Below the pieces are notes generated by a model that did not search any database, was not told the origin of the DNA, and saw only the letters and a list, made by a program, of their open reading frames with translations. A program made the position numbers and the translations under genes. A DNA stretch of 64,000 bases from a virus. Positions 45,119-54,270 of this stretch are shown piece by piece (positions within the stretch are counted from its first letter, which is position 1; every line of letters begins with the position of its first letter). The stretch is from the IMG/VR virus record IMGVR_UViG_3300028412_000004, positions 1 to 64,000 of that record. One strand, written 5' to 3'.

Positions 45119-45387
45119 TGAAAATAACAGCACTCTACTTACTAGCAGCGCTGTTACTTGTCGGCGGTTGCGTTAATCCTGGAAATCGCGCAGGTACGCT
45201 ACCGCCGACTCCGGCAGAAGTTTACGCTTCTACTGGATGGCAGGCCAACACTGTCACTGCGCTGGCCTTCGACCTTAGGGAAGATGGCAAGTTTGACTAC
45301 GTATGGGCGGAGGACGTCCCGCAAGACCTCCGACACAAGCTCGAACTCAGAGCCATACACCTGAATAAAAACTGGGACGGAGAATAA
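45118..45387 (+). CDS. lipoprotein
   Basis: Signal peptide with lipobox VGGC. Confidence 0.7.
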   Translation: MKITALYLLAALLLVGGCVNPGNRAGTLPPTPAEVYASTGWQANTVTALAFDLREDGKFDYVWAEDVPQDLRHKLELRAIHLNKNWDGE

Positions 45388-45393
45388 TTACTA

Positions 45394-46212
45394 ATGCCTA
45401 AGCTCAAGAGATCACACAACCTTTACTTAAAATCCAGGGCCTTAGTGGGTATGCCTCCACTGCCCGAAGAGAAGTTGGGGCTTAAAGGTCCGGACCCTGT
45501 GGACGTTAATGACTTTATACGAGAGCCTGCCGGCGATCGGTTAACGCCCATAAACCTACTGGATACCTACCCGGTACCTGTAATGGACCAGGGACGCACC
45601 AACCGCTGCGGGCCTTACTCCGGGGTTAGTGGGATGTCCATATTGATGCAGAAAGCCACGACGGAACGTACGCCTATGAGCGTGAACGACCTGTATAGGT
45701 TTTGCAGCAGAGACATCACAGTGGACGAGGGTGTTTATATGCGCGACCTTATGGCGGGTATGGCCGAGCACGGGGCCCTGCCAGAAAGAATGTGGCCTAA
45801 CCATAGAAGGTTCGACGAACTTCCGAAAGGTCTAGACGAAACCCACGCCTGGGACCCTATGCGATTTCGCATACGCGGCGGTTACTGGCGTATACGTGAT
45901 GCAAAAGACGCTGCTCATATTCTTTCCGCAGAGCAGTTACCAATCTGGGTTGGGTGCACTCTTTACAAGAACGTGGTCGACGCGGCTATGTATGACGGCG
46001 TGTTTAAGATGCCCTCCCCGCGAGACACGATTATAGGAGGTCATGCTATGTTGGTGGTAGGGTGGTTATACAAGAACGGCGTGCGTTACTTCATCCTACT
46101 CAATTCCTGGGGATACAACGTAGGCTTACGTGGACTTTTCCTAATGCCGGACTCTTATGTGGACGAGAATATCTGTACCGACCTATGGACAGTGGCTAGA
46201 GACATGTTTTAG
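45394..46212 (+). CDS. papain-like (C1) cysteine peptidase
   Basis: QGRTNRC, GGHAMLVVGW, LNSWG. Confidence 0.9.
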   Translation: MPKLKRSHNLYLKSRALVGMPPLPEEKLGLKGPDPVDVNDFIREPAGDRLTPINLLDTYPVPVMDQGRTNRCGPYSGVSGMSILMQKATTERTPMSVNDLYRFCSRDITVDEGVYMRDLMAGMAEHGALPERMWPNHRRFDELPKGLDETHAWDPMRFRIRGGYWRIRDAKDAAHILSAEQLPIWVGCTLYKNVVDAAMYDGVFKMPSPRDTIIGGHAMLVVGWLYKNGVRYFILLNSWGYNVGLRGLFLMPDSYVDENICTDLWTVARDMF

Positions 46213-46225
46213 TAAAATAGTACCG

Positions 46226-46255
46226 TTGACACTTTAGCGGTTTAACCAATAACAT
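46226..46255 (+). promoter_or_regulatory. sigma70-like promoter
   Basis: TTGACA-18 nt-TAACAT. Confidence 0.4.
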
Positions 46256-46267
46256 ACTTGCTAAATT

Positions 46268-46837
46268 ATGACACCTGAAGAACGCAAAGACCTCGCTAAG
46301 GATTTCCACGAAATAGCCCGAGCCACTGTTAGTCAAAGCAAACGCCCTTGGTGGTTGAGTTGGGGTATCCCATTGCTTGTACTAGGGCTTTTGGGATGGT
46401 TTACCAACGAGATGTACCAGAACCTTAAGGACGGGCAGAATGCTACAATGCAGTCTCAGAAAGAAGCTTCGCAAACGAATGCTGCGCAGAATGAATCCCT
46501 CGCAGTCACGGCGCGAGTCCTGCAAGGGCTTCAAAAGGATATTACAGAAACAAGAGCCTACACTAAAGAAGAATCCCTAGCTCTGCGACAGGAGATACAA
46601 GCGGCTAGAGCTGATCCGTGGACCGCAACAGACGACGCCCAAACTCGTAGAGACATGCATGATTTAGTCGAACGCGGGAATATCGTCCTACAAACACAGA
46701 TCGGGAGGCACAGCGATATCTTAGATAAACACGCAGTCCGACTAGACCGACTAGACAACTTCAACACAAGCACCCGGATAAACACAGAGCGTATTAACGG
46801 AAAGTTAAACACACTCTTAGAAAACATTAAAAATTAA
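46268..46837 (+). CDS. single-TM coiled-coil protein (holin- or spanin-like, uncertain)
   Basis: WWLSWGIPLLVLGLLGWF then long heptads. Confidence 0.55.
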   Translation: MTPEERKDLAKDFHEIARATVSQSKRPWWLSWGIPLLVLGLLGWFTNEMYQNLKDGQNATMQSQKEASQTNAAQNESLAVTARVLQGLQKDITETRAYTKEESLALRQEIQAARADPWTATDDAQTRRDMHDLVERGNIVLQTQIGRHSDILDKHAVRLDRLDNFNTSTRINTERINGKLNTLLENIKN

Positions 46838-46862
46838 TGCCGCTGCCAGCACCCATAACAAT

Positions 46863-47060
46863 ATGTTTGGAAGACAAATAGCTTTTGCAATATTTAGGAC
46901 CGCATTTAGACCTATCGCGGAGCCTGCTGCTGGGCGCAATGTCCCTGTTTTTGACAACGACCCGTCTACCTACACAGACACTGGCTGGATTTTAGCTTAT
47001 GGATCTTGGGATGACTCAAAGGTGTGGATGGATTCAGAAACTTTCAACACAAACCCTTAA
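46863..47060 (+). CDS. hypothetical protein
   Basis: 65-aa ORF. Confidence 0.5.
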   Translation: MFGRQIAFAIFRTAFRPIAEPAAGRNVPVFDNDPSTYTDTGWILAYGSWDDSKVWMDSETFNTNP

Positions 47061-47158
47061 AATGAACACCGCAGCACTTTCCTACCAGTTTGGAGTCCTT
47101 GAGACTTTTAATAAGTTGTTGCTTAAATAGACTTATTCTACTTTAACACCTAAACATT

Positions 47159-48229
47159 ATGATCGAAGATATTGAAAATGGAGAATCCGGCGCAGTCGTC
47201 CGGGGTAAACTGAATGCCGCTTTAGCTGAAATCAATAACCTCGGCACCGCCGCGCTGCTCGACACTGGTAGCGGGATTGGGGAAGTAATCATCTCTGAAG
47301 CTACAGCACCCGTCACCCTGCAGCCCGTCGTATGGGGAGCAGCAGGAGGTGTTGATCAATCGACGTTCCCAGAGTTTCTTAGTAATCTGAACGCCGCCCG
47401 AGGCGTAGATCTGCTCGATGAGAATACTGGATTCACTCAGGCACAAATTCAAGCATCCGAGGCAGTCATCCAGGACGAGTTGACCGCCCTCGACGCCGCG
47501 ATCACGCAGACGGATGCCGACACTGTAGCGGCACTTGCGCTCAAGCAAGACATACTGGCAGAAGGCGCGTTCGTGGATGGCGATAAGGACAAACTGGATG
47601 CCGCTTTCGCCAATCAACTTAACCTCACCCTCTTAGTAGGTGCAGCAGACGCAGTGACAGGCTTCGCTCTGGATGCTATTCCTGATTATTGGAAAAGCGG
47701 CGTAACCACGATCACCGCTGCTCATATCGGAAACAGCGTAACGAGCATCGGCAGCTCCGCATTCTACAGCTGCACTGCCCTAACCTCCGTCACTATCGGA
47801 AACAGCGTCACAACCATCGGCAGCTCCGCATTCTACTCCTGCACTGCCCTAACCCCCATCACCATCCCAGACAGCGTCACAACCATCGACAGCTACGCAT
47901 TCCATTACTGCACTGCCCTAACCTCCATCACCATCCCAGACAGCGTAACGAGCATCGGCATGTCCGCATTCGGCTTGTCTGGTCTAACCTCCATCACCAT
48001 CCCAGACAGCGTCACAACCATCGGCAGCTACGCATTCCAATACTGCACTAGCTTAACATCCATCACCATAACAAGCGTGCCTGCCGCCGCTTGGACAGGA
48101 ACAAACGGGCTTTTAAGCACAACATTACTTACCGACATCAATATCACGGCAGATGTGTTCGCTCAGTATGACGGGGCATGGCGCACCGCTCAAAGCGTTG
48201 ATCCTAGCGTAACCCTCAACTCAATCTAA
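47159..48229 (+). CDS. fibre/adhesin-like protein with BspA-type leucine-rich repeats
   Basis: N-terminal IENGESGAVVRGKLN; five IPDSVTxIGxxAFxxCTxLTSIT repeats. Confidence 0.8.
   Translation: MIEDIENGESGAVVRGKLNAALAEINNLGTAALLDTGSGIGEVIISEATAPVTLQPVVWGAAGGVDQSTFPEFLSNLNAARGVDLLDENTGFTQAQIQASEAVIQDELTALDAAITQTDADTVAALALKQDILAEGAFVDGDKDKLDAAFANQLNLTLLVGAADAVTGFALDAIPDYWKSGVTTITAAHIGNSVTSIGSSAFYSCTALTSVTIGNSVTTIGSSAFYSCTALTPITIPDSVTTIDSYAFHYCTALTSITIPDSVTSIGMSAFGLSGLTSITIPDSVTTIGSYAFQYCTSLTSITITSVPAAAWTGTNGLLSTTLLTDINITADVFAQYDGAWRTAQSVDPSVTLNSI
47726..48068 (+). repeat. 66-69 nt tandem repeats encoding BspA LRRs
   Basis: Seen directly. Confidence 0.9.
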
Positions 48230-48230
48230 T

Positions 48231-49031
48231 ATGGCTAAACAAATACATTATACCAGCGGCTTACCGCGAGCTTGTAGCACACTCCTGCAAAATCTACTTG
48301 CTCAAAATCCTCTTGTTCACGCAACAGCTACGAGTGGGGTGCATGAGATTATGTATCTATCAAAAGCGTTCTTCAAGACGGATGAGTTTCGCACACTCCC
48401 TAATCCCTTGGATGGTGAGAGATTATTTGGCGACTTTATGCGAGCCGGTATTGCCAACTCATTTGAAAGTTTAACAGATCGACCTGTGGTGGTAGATAAG
48501 TGCCGTTCATGGATTGGTAGTGCCAACCTACTGTTTAAGCTCTATCCAGATGCCAAGCTATTAATCCCTGTTCGCGACATTCGTGGGGTTCTCTCAAGCA
48601 TGGAAAAGAAGTTTCAAGCACACCCAGAATTTCAATTGGAGGCGACACAGCAAGACACTGGCCGCATCCAAACTATCGAGGGTCGTTGCCAGTTCTGGCT
48701 AGATAGTGCCCCTGTCGGTATCGCTATTCAACGCCTCCATGAGATAGTCCGACTCCATAAGGACAAGGTTCACTTCGTTCATGCGGAAGACCTCACCAGC
48801 GACCCACAAGGCACGATGAGTCAGGTGTGGGATTACTTAGGTATGGAGCCATTCATCCATAACACAAGCAACGTGGAGCAATACACCACAGAGCACGAAC
48901 TCGGTTTCCCATACGGGGATCACTCAGTTCGCTCCGAAGTTAAGCCACTCAAACCAGATTGGCATGAAACTCTCGGCAGAACATTATCAGAACAAATCAA
49001 CCAAAAATTTAACTGGGTAAACACCTTATGA
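48231..49031 (+). CDS. sulfotransferase family protein
   Basis: 5'-PSB loop GLPRACSTLL; 3'-PB VRDIRGVLSS. Confidence 0.85.
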   Translation: MAKQIHYTSGLPRACSTLLQNLLAQNPLVHATATSGVHEIMYLSKAFFKTDEFRTLPNPLDGERLFGDFMRAGIANSFESLTDRPVVVDKCRSWIGSANLLFKLYPDAKLLIPVRDIRGVLSSMEKKFQAHPEFQLEATQQDTGRIQTIEGRCQFWLDSAPVGIAIQRLHEIVRLHKDKVHFVHAEDLTSDPQGTMSQVWDYLGMEPFIHNTSNVEQYTTEHELGFPYGDHSVRSEVKPLKPDWHETLGRTLSEQINQKFNWVNTL

Positions 49032-49603
49032 AATACGCCATAGTAAACATTGAACGCAGACGCATAAATCGTGTCACAGACGAGACCCCGCAATTTGTCG
49101 GAGAGCAAATGGAAGTCGTTGAGATTACCGACGAACAAGCTGCCGCGATTGCTGCATCAGATACGCCGAGTTTTTTAATCGACGGAGAGCTTAAATCTAT
49201 GCCAGAAGTCATGGCAATCCGCCATGCTGAACGTGAGGCGACGCGTCTCACAGAACTCTACGCAGCAGACCCTGAAGCGGCCAAAGCAGCAAAGATTAAC
49301 CAGCTACGTTCAGCACGCGATGCAGTAGAGTTTGGGGGCATCACCTTTAACGGACTGCCCGTGCAGACCAACATGGTGACTCAGGCGCGATTAACCAGTG
49401 CTCTCTCCCTAGTGGCTCTTAATCCTGCTACAGTAATCAAGTGGGAGTTCCCCGATGGTAGTATTGTCGATCTGGACAAAGCCACCATTGAGGCTCTCGC
49501 AGCAGTGGTGTTCGGTCACGTTCAGCAAACGAGAACAGATTTCGCGGCTGCTAAAGCATTGGTTGAAGCCGCTACGACCACTGGGGAACTGGTAGCGATC
49601 TAA
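49028..49603 (+). CDS. DUF4376 tail-fibre-associated protein
   Basis: LRSARDAVEFGGITFNG...WEFPDGS...HVQ. Confidence 0.75.
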   Translation: MKYAIVNIERRRINRVTDETPQFVGEQMEVVEITDEQAAAIAASDTPSFLIDGELKSMPEVMAIRHAEREATRLTELYAADPEAAKAAKINQLRSARDAVEFGGITFNGLPVQTNMVTQARLTSALSLVALNPATVIKWEFPDGSIVDLDKATIEALAAVVFGHVQQTRTDFAAAKALVEAATTTGELVAI

Positions 49604-49718
49604 CCCTCACACGCTCGCAGCACCGTAGATGTTAGGATTGACTGTAAGAGTGCAGAGGCTTAACTTAAGTTGAACAATAGCAGTGGCGTCGCCGCTGTAA
49701 ACCAACAGCAGCAATATC

Positions 49719-50045
49719 ATGATCCTAAAAAACAACTCCGGTTTAACCACCCTCTTCAAAGACAATACTGAAGCGAATGCCAGCAGCCCGATACTGCCCT
49801 GCAGCTCTTTTGAGATGCACAGCGTGCAAATCGTTAACTCGGGAGGAGAGACGGTTAAGATCATGGGCAGTAACAGCCCTGAGAACACAGATGCTGATAT
49901 CGAGTTCGTGCAGATTGTAACGAACATCGTTGGTAGTGAGATTGTCATACTGGACGGAACCATACGGTGGCTGCGTATAGACCGAGGACCTGGCACAACA
50001 CCCGTAACCGCTTATGTTCTAAGCTCCGCTCTTAACGTCGGATAA
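49719..50045 (+). CDS. hypothetical beta-rich protein
   Basis: 108 aa; RWLRI motif. Confidence 0.55.
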   Translation: MILKNNSGLTTLFKDNTEANASSPILPCSSFEMHSVQIVNSGGETVKIMGSNSPENTDADIEFVQIVTNIVGSEIVILDGTIRWLRIDRGPGTTPVTAYVLSSALNVG

Positions 50046-50055
50046 GAAGGTATCT

Positions 50056-53000
50056 ATGAAAGCGGTTGATCTGCTCATAGACTCACTCCTACCAGAGGAG
50101 CTACAAGGCACGGTAAAAGACATGGACTCCAAGTCATTGGATATCCTGATGTCAGCTATCGCCACCAAATACCCGGATAAATACGAAGCTATCTCTAAGG
50201 GTATCGCCGACGCTGGTAGGAATGCCAGCTATCTACAGGGTGAGACTATCACCCTCAACGACATGCGCACGCCGTTCGACAAGTCGAGCATACTGGCTGC
50301 CATGGACAAAGAGCTGGACCGGGTTAGACAGGCTAATCCGGAGACATTTCCCAAGACCCGAGTAAAGGTTTGGGAGAAGTATAATGACATCATGCAGAAT
50401 ATGACGAGTCAGAGTGCTCGTGAGAAGAACAATAATTTAGCCTACAGTGTCGTCTCCGGTGCGCGTGGTAAGCCTGCTCAACTTAAAGCTATGCTGGCTA
50501 CACCAGGCTACTACGCCGATTATAAGGGCGACACCATTCCCCTGTTCGTCCGTAACAGCTTCGGCCAGGGACTACGCCCTGCAGAGTTCCTTGCAGGCAC
50601 TTACGGCGCGCGGACTTCCGTCTTGTCGACAAAGAACTCCACCGCCCGTGGTGGGGATTTCGCAAAGCAGCTTGGGCAGAGTGCCGCTTCCACCATTGTG
50701 ACGATGTTGGATTGCGGTGTTAAAAATGGCATAGATCTGGAGCTGGAAGATAGTTCAATGCGCGGGCGTGTGCTGGCAAGAAGCACCGCAGGGGTGCCGG
50801 CCGGTACCATACTGGACAAGCACGCGCTCGGACAACTTCGTAGAAGTAAATCGGATACGGCCGTAGTGCGATCCCCCTTAACCTGTCAGGCTAGGGAAGG
50901 TGTGTGTGCTAAGTGTGTAGGCCAGTTCCACAACAACAAGCTCCCCTCGGTGGGAGATGCTGTAGGTATTACGGCCGCGCAATCGATCTCCGAACCAGTT
51001 ACGCAAGGCGCTCTGAACTGTTTAGCAGAGAACACCGAAGTTCTCATGGGCGACTTTTCCTATAAAAAAATCCAAGACGTCAGAGTTGGGGACATGGTAA
51101 TGGGGGCGGACGTCGAAGCACACTTATTCCCGGTAAAGGTAACACATACATGGGATCAAGGTTTACAGCCCGTCCAGACGTATGGTTACAAGCTGGGGCA
51201 GACGAAGGATATCCGGGAGGTTGTTTGCACAGAGGAGCACAAAATTTTACAGATTACGACCTACAGTAACGCAAAAGAGGGAAAGTTTAATTTCACCCCC
51301 AGGATACTTAAAGCAGGACGCCCCGCTGGGTTACCTTCCGCCGTATTACCCTCTGGGTTCAAAGAAGGTGTAGGAATTGAGGAGGATTTCGCCACGCTTT
51401 ATGGGTTCCACCTGGGAGACGGCATCCGCTTGAGTCCAGAGTGTTTACAAGCCTCCGTGTGTGTTTCTTGCGCTTGCTCCGAGACAGCAGCCGATCTTAA
51501 AACAGAGATGGCTAAGTTGGGCCTCACGATGAAGAAACGTAAGCGTAGCCACGACTGGGCTGTGTCGGATCTACAGAAAGGAACTAGTCTTGTAGACGCT
51601 AAGGGGCAGTTCGAGAAAGGTTTCCATAATCGTTATAAGCTGCTGCTCCAATCATTAGGGGCTTTGCATGAATGCTACCACAATAAAGTAATAGCACCTG
51701 TGGTTTGGGAGTGGGATAACAAGTCTATCGCCAAAATGATTGCCGGGTTTGTGTCCGCGGACGGATCTGTATACAGAGTCAAGGAATTGACACCAGGTGT
51801 GTCTTTTGGATCTACGGCGCTGTCGATGCTGGAAGAGTTGAAGCGCTTACTTGAATTAAGGTTTGGCATCTACAGCACACAACTCACACGAACGTCCCTA
51901 GCCTCTAAGAGCGAAACAAGGAAGCACGACGGCTGGCAATTCTGTATCACACGCCGAGATCAGCTTAAAAAGTTCAACGAACTCATAGCACCATTTATAC
52001 CAGGCCCTAAAAGAGAAAAACTGAGACAATACCTAGAGGAGGCTCCAAAGTCTCACTACGAGACGTCCACTTTCTATAAAGGCCGCCGTATTTACGCCGA
52101 ACCCAAAGGTATGACGCAGTGCTACGACATAACCGTGGACCACAAGGATCATTTGTTCGTGTTAAGAAATGGCTTAATTGTAAGCAACTCCAAGCACACT
52201 GGCGGTATGGCTTCCGGTAAGCGTGAGTATTCTGGCTTCGACGTCATCAATCAACTCGTCCAATCCCCCGAGGTGTTCCCCGACCGCGCCACCGTCGCAC
52301 ATGAGGCCGGTCGCGTGGAGTCCATCACAGAAGCCCCGCAGGGTGGTTTCTACATTAAACTAAATGGGAAGGACCTATACGTACCCGCTGGTTACGACGT
52401 CACTGCAAAGGTCGGTGATAAGGTGGAGGCTGGCGACCAACTCTCCGACGGTATTGTCGACCCTGAGGACATCATGAAGTTGAGAGGGCTGGGGTCCGGT
52501 CGCCGGTATTATGCCGAGCGTCTTAATAAGGCTTTGACCGATTCAGGTATGGCCGTCGATCGTCGCAACGTGGAGCTCGTATCTAGAGGAGCGTTCGATC
52601 ATGTGAAGATACAGGACGACGAGGGTATGCCAGGCTACCTCCCGGACGACGTAGTTAGTTACAATAAACTCACATCACATGCAGCTCCTGCGAAGGACGC
52701 GAAAGGCATGCGCCCGAGTCAGGCTGTGGGTAAGTTCCTGGCGACGCCAGCGCTGCACTACTCGATAGGTACTAAAATCACACCTCGAATGGCAGATAGG
52801 TTAGAGAAGTCTCACTACGATAGCATCTACACCTCCGATAGGGAGCCTAGTTTTACACCACAGTCAGTACGGCTACGCACTGCTGCGCACAGTAATCCTG
52901 ACTGGCTCGCATCCATGGCCACTTCTTACTTGAAAACTCAGCTAGAGCATGCTGCAATACGGGGAGACGATACCAATGTTAACTCAAACGTGCACTTCGG

Positions 53001-53061
53001 ACCTCGTCTAGCAAGAGGGACAGAGTTCGGCAAGGATGTCGCAACAACAGGTAAATTTTAA
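50056..53061 (+). CDS. rpoC: RNA polymerase beta-prime C-terminal segment with intein
   Basis: SGARG, bridge helix GART...TARGG, DCG, RSPLTC...C..C, trigger loop AAQSISEPVTQ|...HTGG. Confidence 0.93.
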   Translation: MKAVDLLIDSLLPEELQGTVKDMDSKSLDILMSAIATKYPDKYEAISKGIADAGRNASYLQGETITLNDMRTPFDKSSILAAMDKELDRVRQANPETFPKTRVKVWEKYNDIMQNMTSQSAREKNNNLAYSVVSGARGKPAQLKAMLATPGYYADYKGDTIPLFVRNSFGQGLRPAEFLAGTYGARTSVLSTKNSTARGGDFAKQLGQSAASTIVTMLDCGVKNGIDLELEDSSMRGRVLARSTAGVPAGTILDKHALGQLRRSKSDTAVVRSPLTCQAREGVCAKCVGQFHNNKLPSVGDAVGITAAQSISEPVTQGALNCLAENTEVLMGDFSYKKIQDVRVGDMVMGADVEAHLFPVKVTHTWDQGLQPVQTYGYKLGQTKDIREVVCTEEHKILQITTYSNAKEGKFNFTPRILKAGRPAGLPSAVLPSGFKEGVGIEEDFATLYGFHLGDGIRLSPECLQASVCVSCACSETAADLKTEMAKLGLTMKKRKRSHDWAVSDLQKGTSLVDAKGQFEKGFHNRYKLLLQSLGALHECYHNKVIAPVVWEWDNKSIAKMIAGFVSADGSVYRVKELTPGVSFGSTALSMLEELKRLLELRFGIYSTQLTRTSLASKSETRKHDGWQFCITRRDQLKKFNELIAPFIPGPKREKLRQYLEEAPKSHYETSTFYKGRRIYAEPKGMTQCYDITVDHKDHLFVLRNGLIVSNSKHTGGMASGKREYSGFDVINQLVQSPEVFPDRATVAHEAGRVESITEAPQGGFYIKLNGKDLYVPAGYDVTAKVGDKVEAGDQLSDGIVDPEDIMKLRGLGSGRRYYAERLNKALTDSGMAVDRRNVELVSRGAFDHVKIQDDEGMPGYLPDDVVSYNKLTSHAAPAKDAKGMRPSQAVGKFLATPALHYSIGTKITPRMADRLEKSHYDSIYTSDREPSFTPQSVRLRTAAHSNPDWLASMATSYLKTQLEHAAIRGDDTNVNSNVHFGPRLARGTEFGKDVATTGKF
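51019..52188 (+). mobile_element. intein with LAGLIDADG endonuclease (residues 322-711)
   Basis: CLAENTEV; GFHLGDG and GFVSADGS; YDITVDHKDHLF...VSN then Ser. Confidence 0.92.
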
Positions 53062-53066
53062 TAAAG

Positions 53067-53100
53067 AAAACACTATGAAAAACACTATGAAAAACACTGA
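53067..53100 (+). repeat. 12-nt tandem repeat duplicating a start codon
   Basis: AAAACACTATGA x2 plus AAAACACTGA. Confidence 0.85.
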
Positions 53101-54226
53101 ACTACTCACCTCGTCATTTTCTAGCGCCCCCGCTAAATCTGCTGCTGCTTTTGATGCTGCTACTGCTGCTACTGCTCTTGCTTCTGCCCCTCTAATTGGT
53201 GCAGCTGTTGGCGGGTCTTCTGGCCTTTTAAATGGTCTAATTAACGCACGCCCCGGACGCGTTGCGCAGGATAGTGCTTACGAGACAACTTATGGAACTG
53301 GTACCGGGCTAGGTGCAGGACTGGGTGTACTTGGCGGCGGCAGTCTTGCGGCGGGCCTGACGCACGGTGTAGATAGCAAGGCGCTTCGCGCATTACTTAT
53401 AAGTCTCGGTGTTGTTGGCGGTGGTGTTGGTGGGGCTGGGCTAGGAGCTAAATTAACTGATCTTGCCGTCGCTCGTGACTCGGCCAAGCTAGAGGAACGC
53501 AGGCGTCGCAGGGAAGAGAAGAAGGCATCCAATCAAGAACTACTCGCCGCATCCTTCGTCGTGAAAGAAGCCATGGAGAAGGAGGCATCTCTCGGCAAGC
53601 TGGGACTTTCAGCAGGTAAGGCCCTCTTGAGTGGAGGCGCTAACAAGCTACTATCCGGCGCAGCTAAGACGTGGTCTTTGCCTATGCGATTTATCGGAAG
53701 AGGTATGGGGCCTAAGAGTACAATAGGTAAGGCACTCGATGGAGCAGGCCGGCGCGTCGCTACCGTCGGAGCTAAAGCAACGCGGCGAGCCAGGCATGCT
53801 GAGAATGCGTTCGCTAAAGACGTAGCAAAAAATACTGCGGAAGATGCTGCCAAGAAGGTGGTAAGGCGTCGTGCGCAGAAGGCTATGGGGTATGGAACAG
53901 GTGCAGCAGGTCTGGCGGGTCTTGTAACAGCCCCAGCAGTAGCCGGCGCCACAGGTATACCAGGAGTTGGAGCAGCGACAAACCTTGCCGCCTTCGGCCC
54001 TATGTGGTATGGCGCAGGGAAAGCCTTAGATATAGGCCGTAACGTAAAGCAGCGAGGCGCTCAGCAAGCAACAGGCGCTTTGCTGAATCAGATGCAGAAC
54101 GCTTCGTTTATGGATCGTATGGGTTACCTGATGGCACCTGGAGCAGCTACCGGCAAGGTCCGAGGTATGGCAAACCAATACCTACCAGGATTCGAAAAAT
54201 ATTACAACCAAACATACGGCGGCTAA
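53075..54226 (+). CDS. Gly/Ala-rich probable virion protein
   Basis: KSAA, KKAS, KEAS motifs; hydrophobic Gly-rich helices. Confidence 0.65.
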   Translation: MKNTMKNTELLTSSFSSAPAKSAAAFDAATAATALASAPLIGAAVGGSSGLLNGLINARPGRVAQDSAYETTYGTGTGLGAGLGVLGGGSLAAGLTHGVDSKALRALLISLGVVGGGVGGAGLGAKLTDLAVARDSAKLEERRRRREEKKASNQELLAASFVVKEAMEKEASLGKLGLSAGKALLSGGANKLLSGAAKTWSLPMRFIGRGMGPKSTIGKALDGAGRRVATVGAKATRRARHAENAFAKDVAKNTAEDAAKKVVRRRAQKAMGYGTGAAGLAGLVTAPAVAGATGIPGVGAATNLAAFGPMWYGAGKALDIGRNVKQRGAQQATGALLNQMQNASFMDRMGYLMAPGAATGKVRGMANQYLPGFEKYYNQTYGG

Positions 54227-54270
54227 GTTAAGCATTGCCGACAAGCTTACACTAGTATTAAACATTGAAT

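Noticed and set aside
53036-53074. ORF start at 53036
   Set aside because: It overlaps the RNAP C-terminus; ATG 53075 has the typical ACTATG context.
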